NCBI RefSeq assembly: GCF_001194135.2
Contig: NC_069000.1
Span: 14,484,903 to 14,517,160, forward strand
Reading direction: 5' to 3'
Length of the DNA: 32,258 nt
Origin: Octopus bimaculoides
Taxonomy: Eukaryota
Under the pieces are notes generated by a model. That model made no database searches. It was not told the DNA's origin and saw only the letters and a list, made by a program, of their open reading frames with translations. Both the position numbers and the translations under genes were made by a program. Each line of letters opens with the position of its first letter. The first letter of the stretch is position 1. Of the stretch, positions 8,235-20,010 are shown one piece after another.

Positions 8235-10719
8235 GTAAATCAAATCAAATTATACTGAAAAATCCACGGTGTTCTCTCTGTGCGCCCTTTAACTTCTCAC
8301 AATCTGTTTTTGTTTCTATTACTGATACATGCAGTCTTAACTAATATTGCCCACTACTCGTTTTTCCTTTTTTTCTTCTCCCCCCTTTTCTTTTCTTAAA
8401 TAAAAAAAACACTAACATTTCCAGCTTCCCCTTTTAAGCATTCGTTATAATTTCCCGAAAATTACGTATATTATAAAGAATTAGCAAATATCAGATTTTT
8501 TTTTTTTTAAAGAATTTACTTCAACCTCTCAATACAGTTCTTCTGTAGTAACCTGCTGCATCTGGAAACATAGCTATGCATTACGTTTTGCTATCACACC
8601 GTCACATCGAGCAACAATTTAAATATTGTAATAAGTCACTAGAATTGTTTTAATCAAATCGATATGGATGGACAGAATCACTGTAGTGTGGCAAGTAATT
8701 AAATGATTTTTATTCCAGTTTAAACTATTACATATACAGCTATGATATTTTAATTAACTGTTATAAATTATACTAATTTTCCCTCTTTTATTCTATTGTT
8801 GCTATTTTTAAAAAATTAACTTTTTATTATATTTTATTTTCGATCTTGAAGTATTGTTAAAATGCTTTTACTACAAAAATTTGATGGAATGATTATTATA
8901 TTTTCTACGCTTTCATATATATATATATATATATATATACATATGCATATGTATACACACACACACACACACACACACACATTATTCCATGTGCTTGTAA
9001 CGGATAGAACTGAATACGAAGCAAAGGTCAATTATATCGTCACATATATATTATTACATAAAATAGCTAACTAAAGTATCTGTTATTTTGTTTTGATTGG
9101 TGTGAGCGCATAAACTACTGGATTACACGATTACATGAGGGTTTCTGCATATTATGTATCCTCTTTACGAAAGTGGAGTTAGAGAGGCACATCATATATT
9201 TCAATGTAGCTCAACATTTTATGCGATATTTTTGACATTTATTCTTCTCATCTTTCGAAAAGTTTACTTCCTTGCCTCCCTTCTTAACAAACTAATTCAT
9301 CATTGTCGTTGCTGTCGATGTTTTAGTCCCAGGTTAGATCCGATCGAGCAAGGGCGTTCCAACCATGACTATCTCATCTTTTATTCAGGCACTACACATT
9401 TAGGACTATGTTACATAACTTCATGCGTACTTCCATTAAAAAAAAGAAAATCCCAGCAGAGTTCAATTTAAAGGGAAACATGGCTGCTATTTCTAGCGTG
9501 TCGAGCGACCATTTAAAGGCGCTATCGTTTTACTCGTGGTGGGAATGCGTGTGTAGAATAAGTATGACATAATTCGCCTCCAGAGTTGAAATCTATTCGT
9601 TTTGTTCGACCCATCAGTGACTGTTCTCATTGCCTATTGTTGCTGAATTGGGCTGCCTCAGAACAGTGTAATCTCTCTCTCTCTCTCTCTTTATATAACT
9701 CATTAGTTTACAAAACAACAATCGAAATACTGCACACTTAAAAGGTAATATAAGTAAACCAATAACTGACCGAATTCTTTTGTTACATTTATAATTTGAT
9801 GATAACAGATTACTCTTGCGAAAAACAGCAACAACCGAAAAAAAAAAAATACAAGAAAAACAAAAACGAAAATATGTAATAAAAGAGGAATCATCGCAAC
9901 ATCAAAATACCAAAGATTTTATGCTACGAATTTCTTAAATTGTTTTCAGTTTTATTTCCCCAAGTTCGTTGCCATTTTTATAAGAATTAATATGTGTTGT
10001 GTTGAGTCAAAGGAAGTAGCTACGTCATATGTTTATTTCATTTGTTATTAATCTGTTGGACAACCTTAAAAGTACTATTAACCCCGACTATATATCGTTA
10101 CCGCTTCGCGAAGACATCAATAGAAAGGCATATTAATCAACTACTGAAAATAAAAAATAAATAAATAAAAACCCATATGGTATGTTATAATTCAAACGGC
10201 TCGGTGTTGCTGCTTTAGTTAAAGCTTCTGTCAAACCCTGAGTTGTATATAAACATATTAAAATAATAAAAGTTGACTAAGTATAAGCGCCCGAATACGA
10301 ATGTTTTTTTATGGTGTACAGTTTTTTTTACTAGTGGCTACAGAAGGATCAATGACATCAGTTTGTACTTTACCTTGCATAAACAACAATCTTAGCATAA
10401 ACATCACCGTCCCCGCCCCACCACGATCTGGAACGGCGGCAGCCGCAGCGGCAATAAGACAGTATGAGGCTTCTAATTGATAAGGGACTATGAGTGCTCG
10501 ATACGAAAAATATTTATATTATTAATATTATATTACGTTAGCAGAACGAGAGAAAGGCTACGGAATATTATTATCTTGCGGTATTTAGTGCTTCCTTCTT
10601 TTTACGTTCTGCTTTCAAATTCTGCCGAAGACGATAAAATAACAACCAGTCAACTTACTGGTTCGAGTAGAGTACACACAAATCTGTGGCTTTCTTCTAC
10701 CCACGGTAGAGAAGAATGT

Positions 10720-11440
10720 TTTCTGTTTTTTAAACTCAAGGTCAGATAATTTGAGGGAATCAGGTACTTTATTTTATCGACCCTGGAAGGATGAAAAGCA
10801 ATGTTGACCACAGCGGGTGTTTTAACTCAGAATGTAAAGAGCCGGAACAGCTAGCGCAAGGCATTTTCCCGACTCTCAACCATTTAGCCAATTATTGGTT
10901 TCAAATTTTGGCACAAGGCCGGCAAGTTCGCGGGTAGGTGCAAATCGATTACATCGACCCCAGTGTTCAACTGGTTGTTATTTTATCGACCTCGAAAGAA
11001 TGAACGGCAAAGTCGACCTTGGCGGAATTTGAACTCAGAACATAAAGACGGACGAAATACAGCTAAGCATTTTGCCGGGTGTGCTAACGTTTCTGCCAGC
11101 TCACCGCCCTCCAATGCATAAAAATATTAAAAATAGAAATTATAATTCTTTCTGCTATAGGCACAGGGCTTGAAATCTGTGGGGGAAAACTAGGCTAGTC
11201 GATTACATCGATCCCAGGGCTCAACTAGTACTTTATCGACCCTGAAAGGATGAAATGCAAAGTCGACCTTGTTAGCATTTGAACTCAGAACGTAAAGAGA
11301 AATACCACTAAGCATTTTGTCCAACACACTTATGATTCTGCCAGCTTACCACCTATACAATAAAAAAATTTTCTACTACAGGCTCAAGGCCTCAACTTTT
11401 GTGAGAGGGCTTTAGTTGATTACATCAACCCCAGTACAGA
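10720..11440 (-). mobile_element. Head-to-tail cluster of four SINE family A copies (two near full-length)
   Basis: Repeated reverse complement of the family A body at ~10720-10890, 10890-11110, 11140-11355 and a tail fragment at 11365-11437. Confidence 0.85.
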
Positions 11441-11661
11441 AAATTTACAATGAATTATAGCTTTTATCTGCTGAGCTGACAAACTAGCATATTATATAAC
11501 ACTGAAAACAACATGTCAAAAATCTCAAATTATAATCTTGGACTAATATAAACCCTTACTGAAATATTGTTATCGTATTTCTGTTAAAATACATTGCCCC
11601 TCAATTAATTTTAAAACAATGAAAAGGTTTATAATATAACCACATCCTTATTAACCTAAAA

Positions 11662-11780
11662 GAGTGGTTCTCAACCAGGGTCCATATGATCTTTGGAGGT
11701 CCATATATGATTTTGTTGTTAAATTGTATGTGCAACAAATTGGTTGTACTTCTACAATACACAAAATATTTTAGCAACTT
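11662..11780 (-). mobile_element. Partial hAT-type MITE, same family as 16887-17073
   Basis: AGTGGTTCTCAACC terminus; internal sequence matches the reverse complement of ~16975-17073. Confidence 0.7.
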
Positions 11781-11809
11781 TTTTTTATTCAATTCCTAAT
11801 AATCATCAC

Positions 11810-12232
11810 CATCATCATCATTTAACGTCTGCTTTCCATGCTAGCATGGGTTGGACGATTAGACTTAGGACTGGCGAGCCAGATGGCTACGCCAGGCTCC
11901 AATCTGATTTGGTAGAGTTTCTACAGCTGGATGCCTTTCCTAATGCCAACCACTCCGAGAGAGTAGTGGGTGCTTTTACGTGCCACTGGCACGATGGCCA
12001 GTCAGGCAGTACTGGCAACGGCCATGCTCAAAATGGTGTATTTTATGTGCCACCTGCATGGATTCCACAACTGGATGCCCTTCTTAACACCAACCACTCC
12101 AAGGGTGTAATGGGTGCTTTTTATGTACCACTGGCACAGGTGCTTTTATGTGCCACTAGCATAGGTACCTTTACATACCACCTGCACAAGTGCCAGTTAT
12201 GTGACACTGGCATCGGCTACGACTGATTTCAC
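11810..12232 (-). mobile_element. SINE family C (GGAAGGGCATCCAGCTGTAGAAAC domain, (GAT)n-ending RTE-like tail) with internal duplications
   Basis: Shares body and the CCAACCCATGCTAGCATGGAAAGCRGACGTTAAA(YGAT)n tail with copies at 12735-12892, 13135-13356, 24315-24545, 28655-28775 and 30000-30120. Resemblance to Ceph-SINEs is an inference. Confidence 0.8.
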
Positions 12233-12265
12233 TTCATATATATCATGTATATATGTATATATATA

Positions 12266-12715
12266 CAGGATGCGGTGAATAAATTGTTGTCTAAATAACG
12301 CAAAAATGAAAATAACACTGACATCTCATTTTAACAGATATATTTACCAAAATTACATAATATCTTGAAATACTAAAGAGTAAATTTATTCAATAAAACC
12401 ATCAGTGGTGTCAACCATGGCCTCCCTCCAGACGACTTTGGAAACTCCTATGATGCCATAATCCTTGCCTTCAGTTTGTTGGCCTCTCACTCAACTGCAC
12501 CCCCCACATGATAATCAAAGGGTTGCAGTCTGGGGAGTTAGGTGGCCAGATGTTAGAGATGATGTGGTCACAGAAATTGTCTGACAGCCATGACTGCTTT
12601 TGTGTCATGGTGCAGAACCCTGTTGCCAGACAGTCTTGCAGCAGCCACCCTCTTGACCAGGGCAGCACTACCTCCTACAGGCACTTGATGTAGTCCTCCA
12701 TGTTGACTCTGACCC
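12266..12715 (-). pseudogene. Tc1/mariner transposase 3' remnant (maT/DD37D-like) with terminal end
   Basis: Minus strand: YIKCL*EVVLPW...WLSDNFCDHIISNIWPPNSPDCNP(DY in shifted frame)...EAMVDTTDGFIE* (stop 12386-12388). Terminus TA|CAGGATG at 12264-12272. Confidence 0.85.
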
Positions 12716-12734
12716 TACTATACTGTGTAGGTAA

Positions 12735-13356
12735 GTAAAAGAACCCACTACACACTCGGAGTGGTTAGCGTTAGGAAGGGCATCCAGCTGCAGAAACTCT
12801 GCCAGATGATCAGATTGGAGCTCACCAGTCCCCAGTCAAACCGTCCAACCCATGCCAGCTTGGAAAGCGGACGTTAAATGATAATGATGATATATATATA
12901 TATATATATATATANNNNNNNNNNNNNNNNNNNNNNNNNNNNNNNNNNNNNNNNNNNNNNNNNNNNNNNNNNNNNNNNNNNNNNNNNNNNNNNNNNNNNN
13001 NNNNNNNNNNNNNNNNNNNNNNNNNNNNNNNNNNNNNNNNNNNNNNNNNNNNNNNNNNNNNNNNNNNNNNNNNNNNNNNNNNNNNNNNNNNNNNNNNNNN
13101 NNNNNNNNNNNNNNNNNNNNNNNNNNNNNNNNNNTAAAAGACACCATTTCGAGCGTGGCCGTTTTCGTGCGGGTGACACGTAAAAGCACCCACTACACTC
13201 TCTGAGTGGTTGGCATTAGGAAGGGCATCCAGCTGTAGAAACTCTGCCAAATTAGATTGGAGCCTGGTGTTGCCATCCGGTTTCACCAGTCCTCAGTCAA
13301 ATCGTCCAACCCATGCTAGCATGGAAAGCGGACGTTAAACGATGATGATGATGATA
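12735..13356 (+). mobile_element. Two SINE family C copies flanking a gap (12735-12892; 13135-13356)
   Basis: Both contain TAGGAAGGGCATCCAGCTG and end in GGAAAGCGGACGTTAAA(YGAT)n. Confidence 0.85.
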
Positions 13357-14390
13357 TGTATATATATATATATATAAAATACAAAAATGGGACAAGAACG
13401 CAAAACATCCAGACAGGTGATACAAAAAAGGGATAACAAACATCCAGACAGACGATACAAAGAAAACAAAGACTGGTCATTCAAAGTTTTCTTTCCTCAG
13501 TCGAGTTCCAGATTATCTTTGCAATTTCAGCTGGTTATATCTATATATATGATGGGCTTCCATATTATTGCTGTCCTACATATTACACTTACAAGCTATT
13601 GGATGGCTCTTGGCTATAGTAGAAGACACTTGCACAAGGTACCACATAATGTGACTGAAGTGGAAACAACATGCTTGTGAAGCAAACTTCTTAACCGCCT
13701 GGCTAACCCTATATGGATGTTATGAAACGTTCCTGTCTTATTGTTTGATCAAACAGGTGTCATGTTTTGCTTGCTTCACTTATCTCTTACTGTCCTGATT
13801 ACTCCCATTACCAATATCTTGACTAATAGTTAATGATCAATAAAAAGAATTAGCTCATAGCTTGAATGTAGCAATACTAATCTCTCCAATAATATAATAT
13901 TTATTGGAGAGATCTGAATTCAGAATCTTGTAACATCAGATAAGATATGTAGGACTTAACTGTTGTCATCAATAGTTTACTTTTAGGTAGGTTATTAATT
14001 AACTCACTTCAACTCTGGCCATCAGTTAACATCACTTTATCTATTATAAATTATCTTCCTTACATCACAGCTGTTTCTCTTCCAGTGAGTGTTTTGTCTA
14101 ATGCTTAGTTACATTGTTCAGGCACCCAAGAAGAGGCTGAGAATTTCTTACACTGAAACCATGGTTTCAGGTTCAGTTCCTCTGCATGGTACCTCGGACA
14201 AATGTTTTCTAATTTTGCCTGTAGCTGACCAAAGCCTTGTGAGTGGATTTGGTGGATGGAAGCTAAAAGAAGCCCATCATGTTCTTTAACTTGTTTGAGT
14301 CATTGGACTGTGGTCATGCTGAAGCACTGCATTGAAACATCTAGTTGAACAAATCCACCCCAGTACTTGCGTTTTTTTCAAAGCCTGGTA

Positions 14391-15095
14391 CCGTATATAT
14401 TCGTGGATAGGTCGCACTTTTTTGTACCAAAAATTTCAATGGAAGTCATGGGCGTGACTTATCCACTCAGCATCACAGTGATGTAAAGTAAACAGCAGTG
14501 TATCGGTAATCCAGGTTCAAGTGTACCCTGGGCCTGGGCTTTTCAGTTTTCAAGTTGTTATGGAAACATTTTTGTGACATCTATTTGATAGAAACTGGAA
14601 ACCAGGGGCAATGAGCTGGCAGAACCGTTAGCACGCTGGGCGAAATGCTTAGCGGTATTTTGTCTGTCGTTACGTTCTGAGTTCAAATTCCACCGAGGTC
14701 GACTTTGCCTTTCATCCTTTCGGGGTCGATAAATTAAGTACCAGTTATGCACTGGGGTCAATATAATCGACTTAATCCCTTTGTCTGTCCTTATTTGTCC
14801 CCTCTGTGTTTAGCCCCTTGTAGGCAATAAAGAAATATGAAACTGGAAACCAGAAGTCTGCATATTGGTCTTTTTGACAACATCGATTCACTCCAATTTT
14901 TAATTTAATAATTTTAATAATTGCAAACCCTAATCATGAGTAAGAGAAAAAGTTATGAAGCAAGTTTTAAGTTGAAAGTGGTGGATTATGCAGATGAACA
15001 TGGAATATTTGATATTTAACACATATTAGTTATATTTACATTAAAAAAGAGCCATGTGACTCCCCAGATTATAGTGTGACCTATCTACTGGACAG
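14391..15095 (+). mobile_element. Tc2/pogo-like non-autonomous derivative carrying a transposase N-terminus, with a nested SINE
   Basis: Left end TA|CCGTATATATTCG...GGTCGCAC is typical of Tc2-like TIRs. 14936-15004 encodes MSKRKSYEASFKLKVVDYADEHG, like the Brinker-type DNA-binding N-terminus of pogo/Tc2 transposases. The right end is decayed and approximate. Confidence 0.65.
14606..14838 (+). mobile_element. Full-length SINE family A with 15-bp TSD
   Basis: TSD GAAACTGGAAACCAG at 14591-14605 and 14839-14853; tail ...GGCAATAAAGAAATA. Confidence 0.92.
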
Positions 15096-16629
15096 TTGCC
15101 CACAGTCCTCATGAAACTAGAGGCCCAATTCTGATCTTTGTATGCTATAACTGTTGTCAATAAATACTATAAGGCTCAGTGCATTGATTTTCTCAGGGAC
15201 CCATAATGTTGCTAAGACAGCCCTGGTTGAGGGTCAGACTAAACATTGCTATGGGTTGTATGTGCTACTCCTTTGTGTTATAGGGTAGTGGTTCCAACAT
15301 TTTCGTGATTCAAGTACAAACTTCCACTGATATTCCAAAACAATGTTTCCAGTTTGTTCAATCTGCACTTTTTGTAGGAATTGATCCCTTGCAAGGGATA
15401 CTATTTGTAGGTAGGAACATTTGTTATTTTGTTGTATCTCTGGAGGGTCATTGTGCCAATAATAAACACACACTGGTTCAGTTTCACTTCCATAGTGTCA
15501 TTTATTAATTGGTTGGTTATTTAACCAAATAACTAATTGATCTTTTGATTAATTGTTTTGTTAATCAAGTGATATTGTTTGCCAAAGTCCTTTCTTCCCT
15601 ATTCAATGACCTCTCTGCTTCAGGTTAGCTGACCTGGCATAAAGAATGCTTAATCAAACAACTGATTAGCTAGTTGGTTTAATAGTTAACCAATTGATGA
15701 ATAATAATTATAAAGAAGTGAAACAGAACCAGTGTGTGTGTGTGTGTGTGTTCATTATTGGTATAACGAGCCTCCAAAGATTCAACAAAACCTGTTTCAG
15801 CGAACGAGTTCACATCAAGAATCTTGCAAGCCAAATGCAAAAAATGAATCTTTGCCATTGTTTGTCTGTTGTTATTGATGTGAGCTGAGAGCAGATATAG
15901 CAGCAGTTTACTAGTGGAACGACAGCATGAGGAAAACGAACATCAATGGAGTAAGAAAACACATGGAGATATGAATAAGAGAAAAACAACAACAACAGTA
16001 GCAGCAGCAGCAGCTGCAGCAGTAATAGTAGTAGTAGTAATGCCGGAGATGAAAACACATGGTGTGTGTGTGACAGTAAGATAACATTTACAAAATAAAT
16101 ATGATTTATTAATATGATGTTGCCATCACATGAGGACGTAGATAGGTTTCATATGATAGTCAAAGAAATTTTAGTTGAAAGAAACACAAACTTCTTTATT
16201 TCGTATCAGTTTTCCTTTAAACAGTTTTGAGCAACTTAAGGTTTTCCGTTTTCTTCTTTTCTTCTGTTTTTTTTTTTGTTTGTTTTATTTGGTTTAAATA
16301 ACAATACTTATTTATTTATTTATTTTTTTTCTAAAAGTTTTACCCAACTTCCATTTTGGAGGTAAAGTCTTTTAGTGAAGATGAATTGTAAAATAAATAC
16401 CCAGCTAGGTATGTCTTTTGGAAGATTGGTTTTGTTGAAGCTTCTAATTCAATGCATATGTGTAAGAACATTCAAACAATATACCTCTCATATTGGAGAT
16501 ATGACCAACCCATTTCAGGCATGGGAGTATGGTTTAATTAAAAAGATATAAAAACAATATTTTAATTCAGAAGTAGTGTTTTTTTTTTTATTAAAAAAAA
16601 AAAAATTTTTGTATTTGTAATATTACATA

Positions 16630-16846
16630 TGAAGGGGTGCTGAAAAATTCCTGGCTTTGGGTAAAAGAAAATACAAGACGCTCAGTTAATTATGATTTTG
16701 TTTAATGTACTCCCCTCTCAGATTCACACACTTATTGCAGTAGTCCTTCAGTTTTTCTAAACCCTGTAAAAGAACTCAGAAGGTTGTGTCTCCAACTCAG
16801 CCTTTTGTGTTACCCTTAAAGCCAGGAACTTTTCAGCACCCCCTCG
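16630..16846. mobile_element. Mariner-derived MITE (family M1) with TA TSD
   Basis: 29-bp TIRs (Y)GAGGGGGTGCTGAAAAGTTCCTGGCTTT with 3 mismatches; TA at 16628-29 and 16847-48. Second copy at 24594-24806. Confidence 0.92.
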
Positions 16847-16886
16847 TATAACTTATTCATGCCCCATGTGTTTTCTTACTTTGTGG

Positions 16887-17073
16887 CAGTGGTTCTCAAC
16901 CATTCTTTACCTATGGATCCCTTTGATTCCTATTTTATTCTACTGAACATACAAAAGTCCCATTATATTGTTAAAATATTTTATGTATTGTAAAAATATA
17001 ACCAGTTTATTGCCTATAAATTTTAACAACAAAATCTTATAAGGGTCATATGGACCACCATTGAGAATCACTG
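16887..17073. mobile_element. hAT (Charlie-like) MITE with degenerate 8-bp TSD
   Basis: Ends CAGTGGTTCTCAA.../...TTGAGAATCACTG; flanks CTTTGTGG (16879-86) and CTTTATAG (17074-81), 6/8 identical. Confidence 0.8.
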
Positions 17074-17080
17074 CTTTATA

Positions 17081-17925
17081 GGCGCAGGTGTGACTATGGT
17101 TGAGAAGCTTGCTCTCCAACCATATGGTTTTGGGTTCAGTCCCACTACATGACACCTTGGGAAAGTGTCTTCTACTGTAACCTCAGGCTAGCCAAAGCCT
17201 TTCATCCATTAGTGGTGGACAATAATCCTCCCCCTGCACCCAAAAAATCCAATGTAAGATAGTAGATTTGCAGAACTGTAATAATGTCAGACAAGATACC
17301 TTTGCAGCATTTGTTCCAGCTCTTAGTGTTCTGAGTCAAATTCCACCAAGATGTTCAAAAGATGCATTCCTGTCGACTTGCAGGACTAGAATGGGAATTA
17401 ATACAAAATCCTCAAACCAAAAAGGCCAGCATGCACCAAATAGATGGTGCTGGGTAGGAGTTGAGAGAGCGGGATGGTTCCTCTTTCTGGAAAGATATAT
17501 GTCCCAGTGTATGAATTAAATAAAGAAACTTACAAACTCAATATAACTGTACAACTAGCAAATACTACACAGGCACGGATGTATGGTTAAGATCTTGCTT
17601 TGTAATCAAATGGTCTTGGGTTCAATCCTAATGTGCAACACTTTGGGCAAGTGTCTTCTTCCATAACCCCAGACAGACTAAAACCTTGTGAGTGGATTTA
17701 GTAGACATAAACTGTGTGGAAACTCATCATATAATGTATGTATGTGTGTGTGCATGTACATATGTTTGTTTGTACATGTGTTTGTGTGTGTGTGTATGTA
17801 TACATGTGTTTTCAGTTTGTGTTTGTTTCCTCATTGCTCGACAACTGTTGTTCGTTTGTTTACATCTCTGTAACTTAGTGATTCGACAAGAGAGACTGAT
17901 GAAATAGATAACTCCCAGACTTCAA
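17081..17925 (+). mobile_element. Two SINE family B copies (17081-17200 head only; 17569-17925 near full-length)
   Basis: tRNA-like head (GGTTCAGTCCCACT / GGTTCAATCC B-box) followed by CCTTGGGMAAGTGTCTTCT and GTGAGTGGATTT.GTAGA. Confidence 0.8.
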
Positions 17926-18011
17926 AAATAAAGTTAGGTTCTAACACTGGTTTCATAGTATGATATATGTATGTATGTATGTATGCACACACGTGCATAT
18001 GTGTGTTTGTA

Positions 18012-18048
<37 letters not shown>

Positions 18049-18603
18049 TGATATTTTAAAATCAAGAAAAATGATGATAAATTTCTTTTTATAAAAGTGA
18101 GGGAGGAACTAAACTAAACATTGCTATGTGCCAAATCTAGCTTGTGGGCCACGTTTGATACCTCCCTCCCTGCCCTAATCTTTATGAAGGCCAGAAATCT
18201 TCACAAAACAATTCGTACAACTTCAATATGTCCCTCTAGAATCTTGGAATAAAGAAGAAAAAAACTAACTATTACATAAAACTGAAATACCAATTAATTT
18301 TCTATCTTCTTTCTCATCAATCTTGAATTCACTTAAAAAAAGACAAAGACAAAGGCAAAAATAAAATATATGTAAAAACCTAAAAGAATAACAGTTAATT
18401 GGACAAATTATTTGCCTAATTTATTGTGCCATTTGTTTCCTTCTCAACTCTCATATTTAACCCCACTCCAAGATTTTTCTTTATAGTCTAACAGTGTAGC
18501 TAGTCTATAGATCAAGTTAAATTCTTCTATAATCAGTGAACTTCCCCACTTAAAAATAACTGCAAAAGTTTTTCATCTCACCTTTACTTCTTTGCACTAT
18601 TAG

Positions 18604-18678
18604 GTCAAGAATTTGAGAATTTCCATCATTGTTTCTTACCCTTGCCCATCAACACAAAGGGCAGACTTACACACACAA
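18604..18678 (+). CDS. Candidate internal coding exon (GQEFENFHHCFLPLPINTKGRLTHT), phase 1/1, product unknown
   Basis: Pyrimidine-rich acceptor CTTTACTTCTTTGCACTATTAG|G, 75-nt open frame, donor AA|GTATGT. The donor overlaps a microsatellite, which weakens it. Confidence 0.25.
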
Positions 18679-19359
18679 GTATGTATGTATGTATGTATGT
18701 GTCTGTACGTGTGTGTGTATGCATGCATGTGTGTGTGTGTAAATATAAAAAGGAATTTAGAAGTCAGATGTTACGAAGTTCTAGGATGTCAAGTTAAATG
18801 TCAGATGAATAAGTTTCATGGCAATGAAAGGAAAATTTTTTCTTGGAAGATGTCAGTTCCCAAAAATTCTTTAACACTAAGAGCTTAACTTTGATAGTTA
18901 ACTTTTCATTCCTCTGTCTATAATAAAGTCATTAACAACAAACAAATATACTTTGAACTCTCACAGCTGACTTATAACATAATTGTTTTACGAGCATTGT
19001 TATATTTTCTATTCTTTAAAAAAAATTTTTTTTATATAAATGTTTTTAATTTCTGTGACACATAAAACTAATTTTCCTGAAATATCAAAGTTAAATCAGT
19101 TATTCTCTCTACTTTTTGTATCCCTGCATTATCAGATATGAATGCATTTATTCCCTGTAAATCTTACTCTTGAATATTTAGGGAGTCATTTCCCAGTTTG
19201 CTCTGAATGTTATTCTACATTTATTAGTCCCTTAAAGAAAAAAAAATGGTCTATAGTCTCCAAGTAGTTAGAGATATGGAATTAAGACCCGACTTTAAGC
19301 TATGATTTCATTCCAAGGTGAAGAATCTTTTAAATTTTACATTAGACCACCGTTTTCAT

Positions 19360-20010
19360 TATCATTATCATCATTTTAACTTTTACTTACTTCACTTTTC
19401 CATGCTTGAGATTTGTTAGGCAAGTTTTCTAAACCAACCCTCATCAGTATCAAAGCAGGTTAATTTATATTTTTCCCTTAATCTGGACATGTTTTCCATG
19501 GAACATTACAAATGAACGACACTGCTTGTATGACGATGAAATTTGTTTACAATTTACACATGATGTTAAGACAAGGAGAAAAACACAGACACAGACACAC
19601 ACGCTAACACACATGCTCAGGGAAAACACTGCGACAGGGAGAAAATTCCAGAAAGATGAAAGTCTGGAAAGGAAGGATTTGGTGAAATGCTTCATGTGGA
19701 ACACAGGAGGTGATGTGTAGAAAGCATGATTGGAGAAGAAGAGATTAACAGTTTGATCATCATCATCATCATCATCATTGTCATACTTCTACTTTTCCAT
19801 GCTTTCATTGAGTCAGATACAATTTGCCAAGGCAGATTTGTCTATGGCTGCATGCTTTTCCTGTTGCCAACCCAAGCAAGGTAATATTTCCCTATAGTTA
19901 GGCATATTTTACTCAGAAGACTGGAAACTGAAAATGCACAACATTGCTTATATGATGATGATGCTCATTTACAGCCATCACGTGATGTTAAGACAAGGGA
20001 ACACACAACC
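19360..20010 (-). mobile_element. Two related decayed SINE-like repeats (19360-19630; 19755-20010) with (GAT)n-type tails
   Basis: Both contain CATCATC...TTTTCCATGC... and ...TGATGTTAAGACAAGG; the tail resembles family C. Confidence 0.6.

Noticed and set aside
13470-13510. Minus-strand CTGAGGA-AAGAAAACTTT-GAAT as a third hammerhead
   Set aside because: GAAA is GAAT and no A15.1-U16.1 stem III or convincing stem I is present. The surrounding repeat (13378-13550) stays unclassified.
13880-13913. 13-bp perfect hairpin ATCTCTCCAATAA/TTATTGGAGAGAT
   Set aside because: Isolated, short and AT-rich, with no second copy or context; too short for a pre-miRNA call.
15740-16060. Possible minus-strand exon (HINNNRQTMAKIHFLHLACKILDVNSFAET) and poly-Leu ORF
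   Set aside because: The donor GTTTTG is weak and there is no recognisable homology; the poly-Leu comes from CAG/TAG/CAA triplet repeats.
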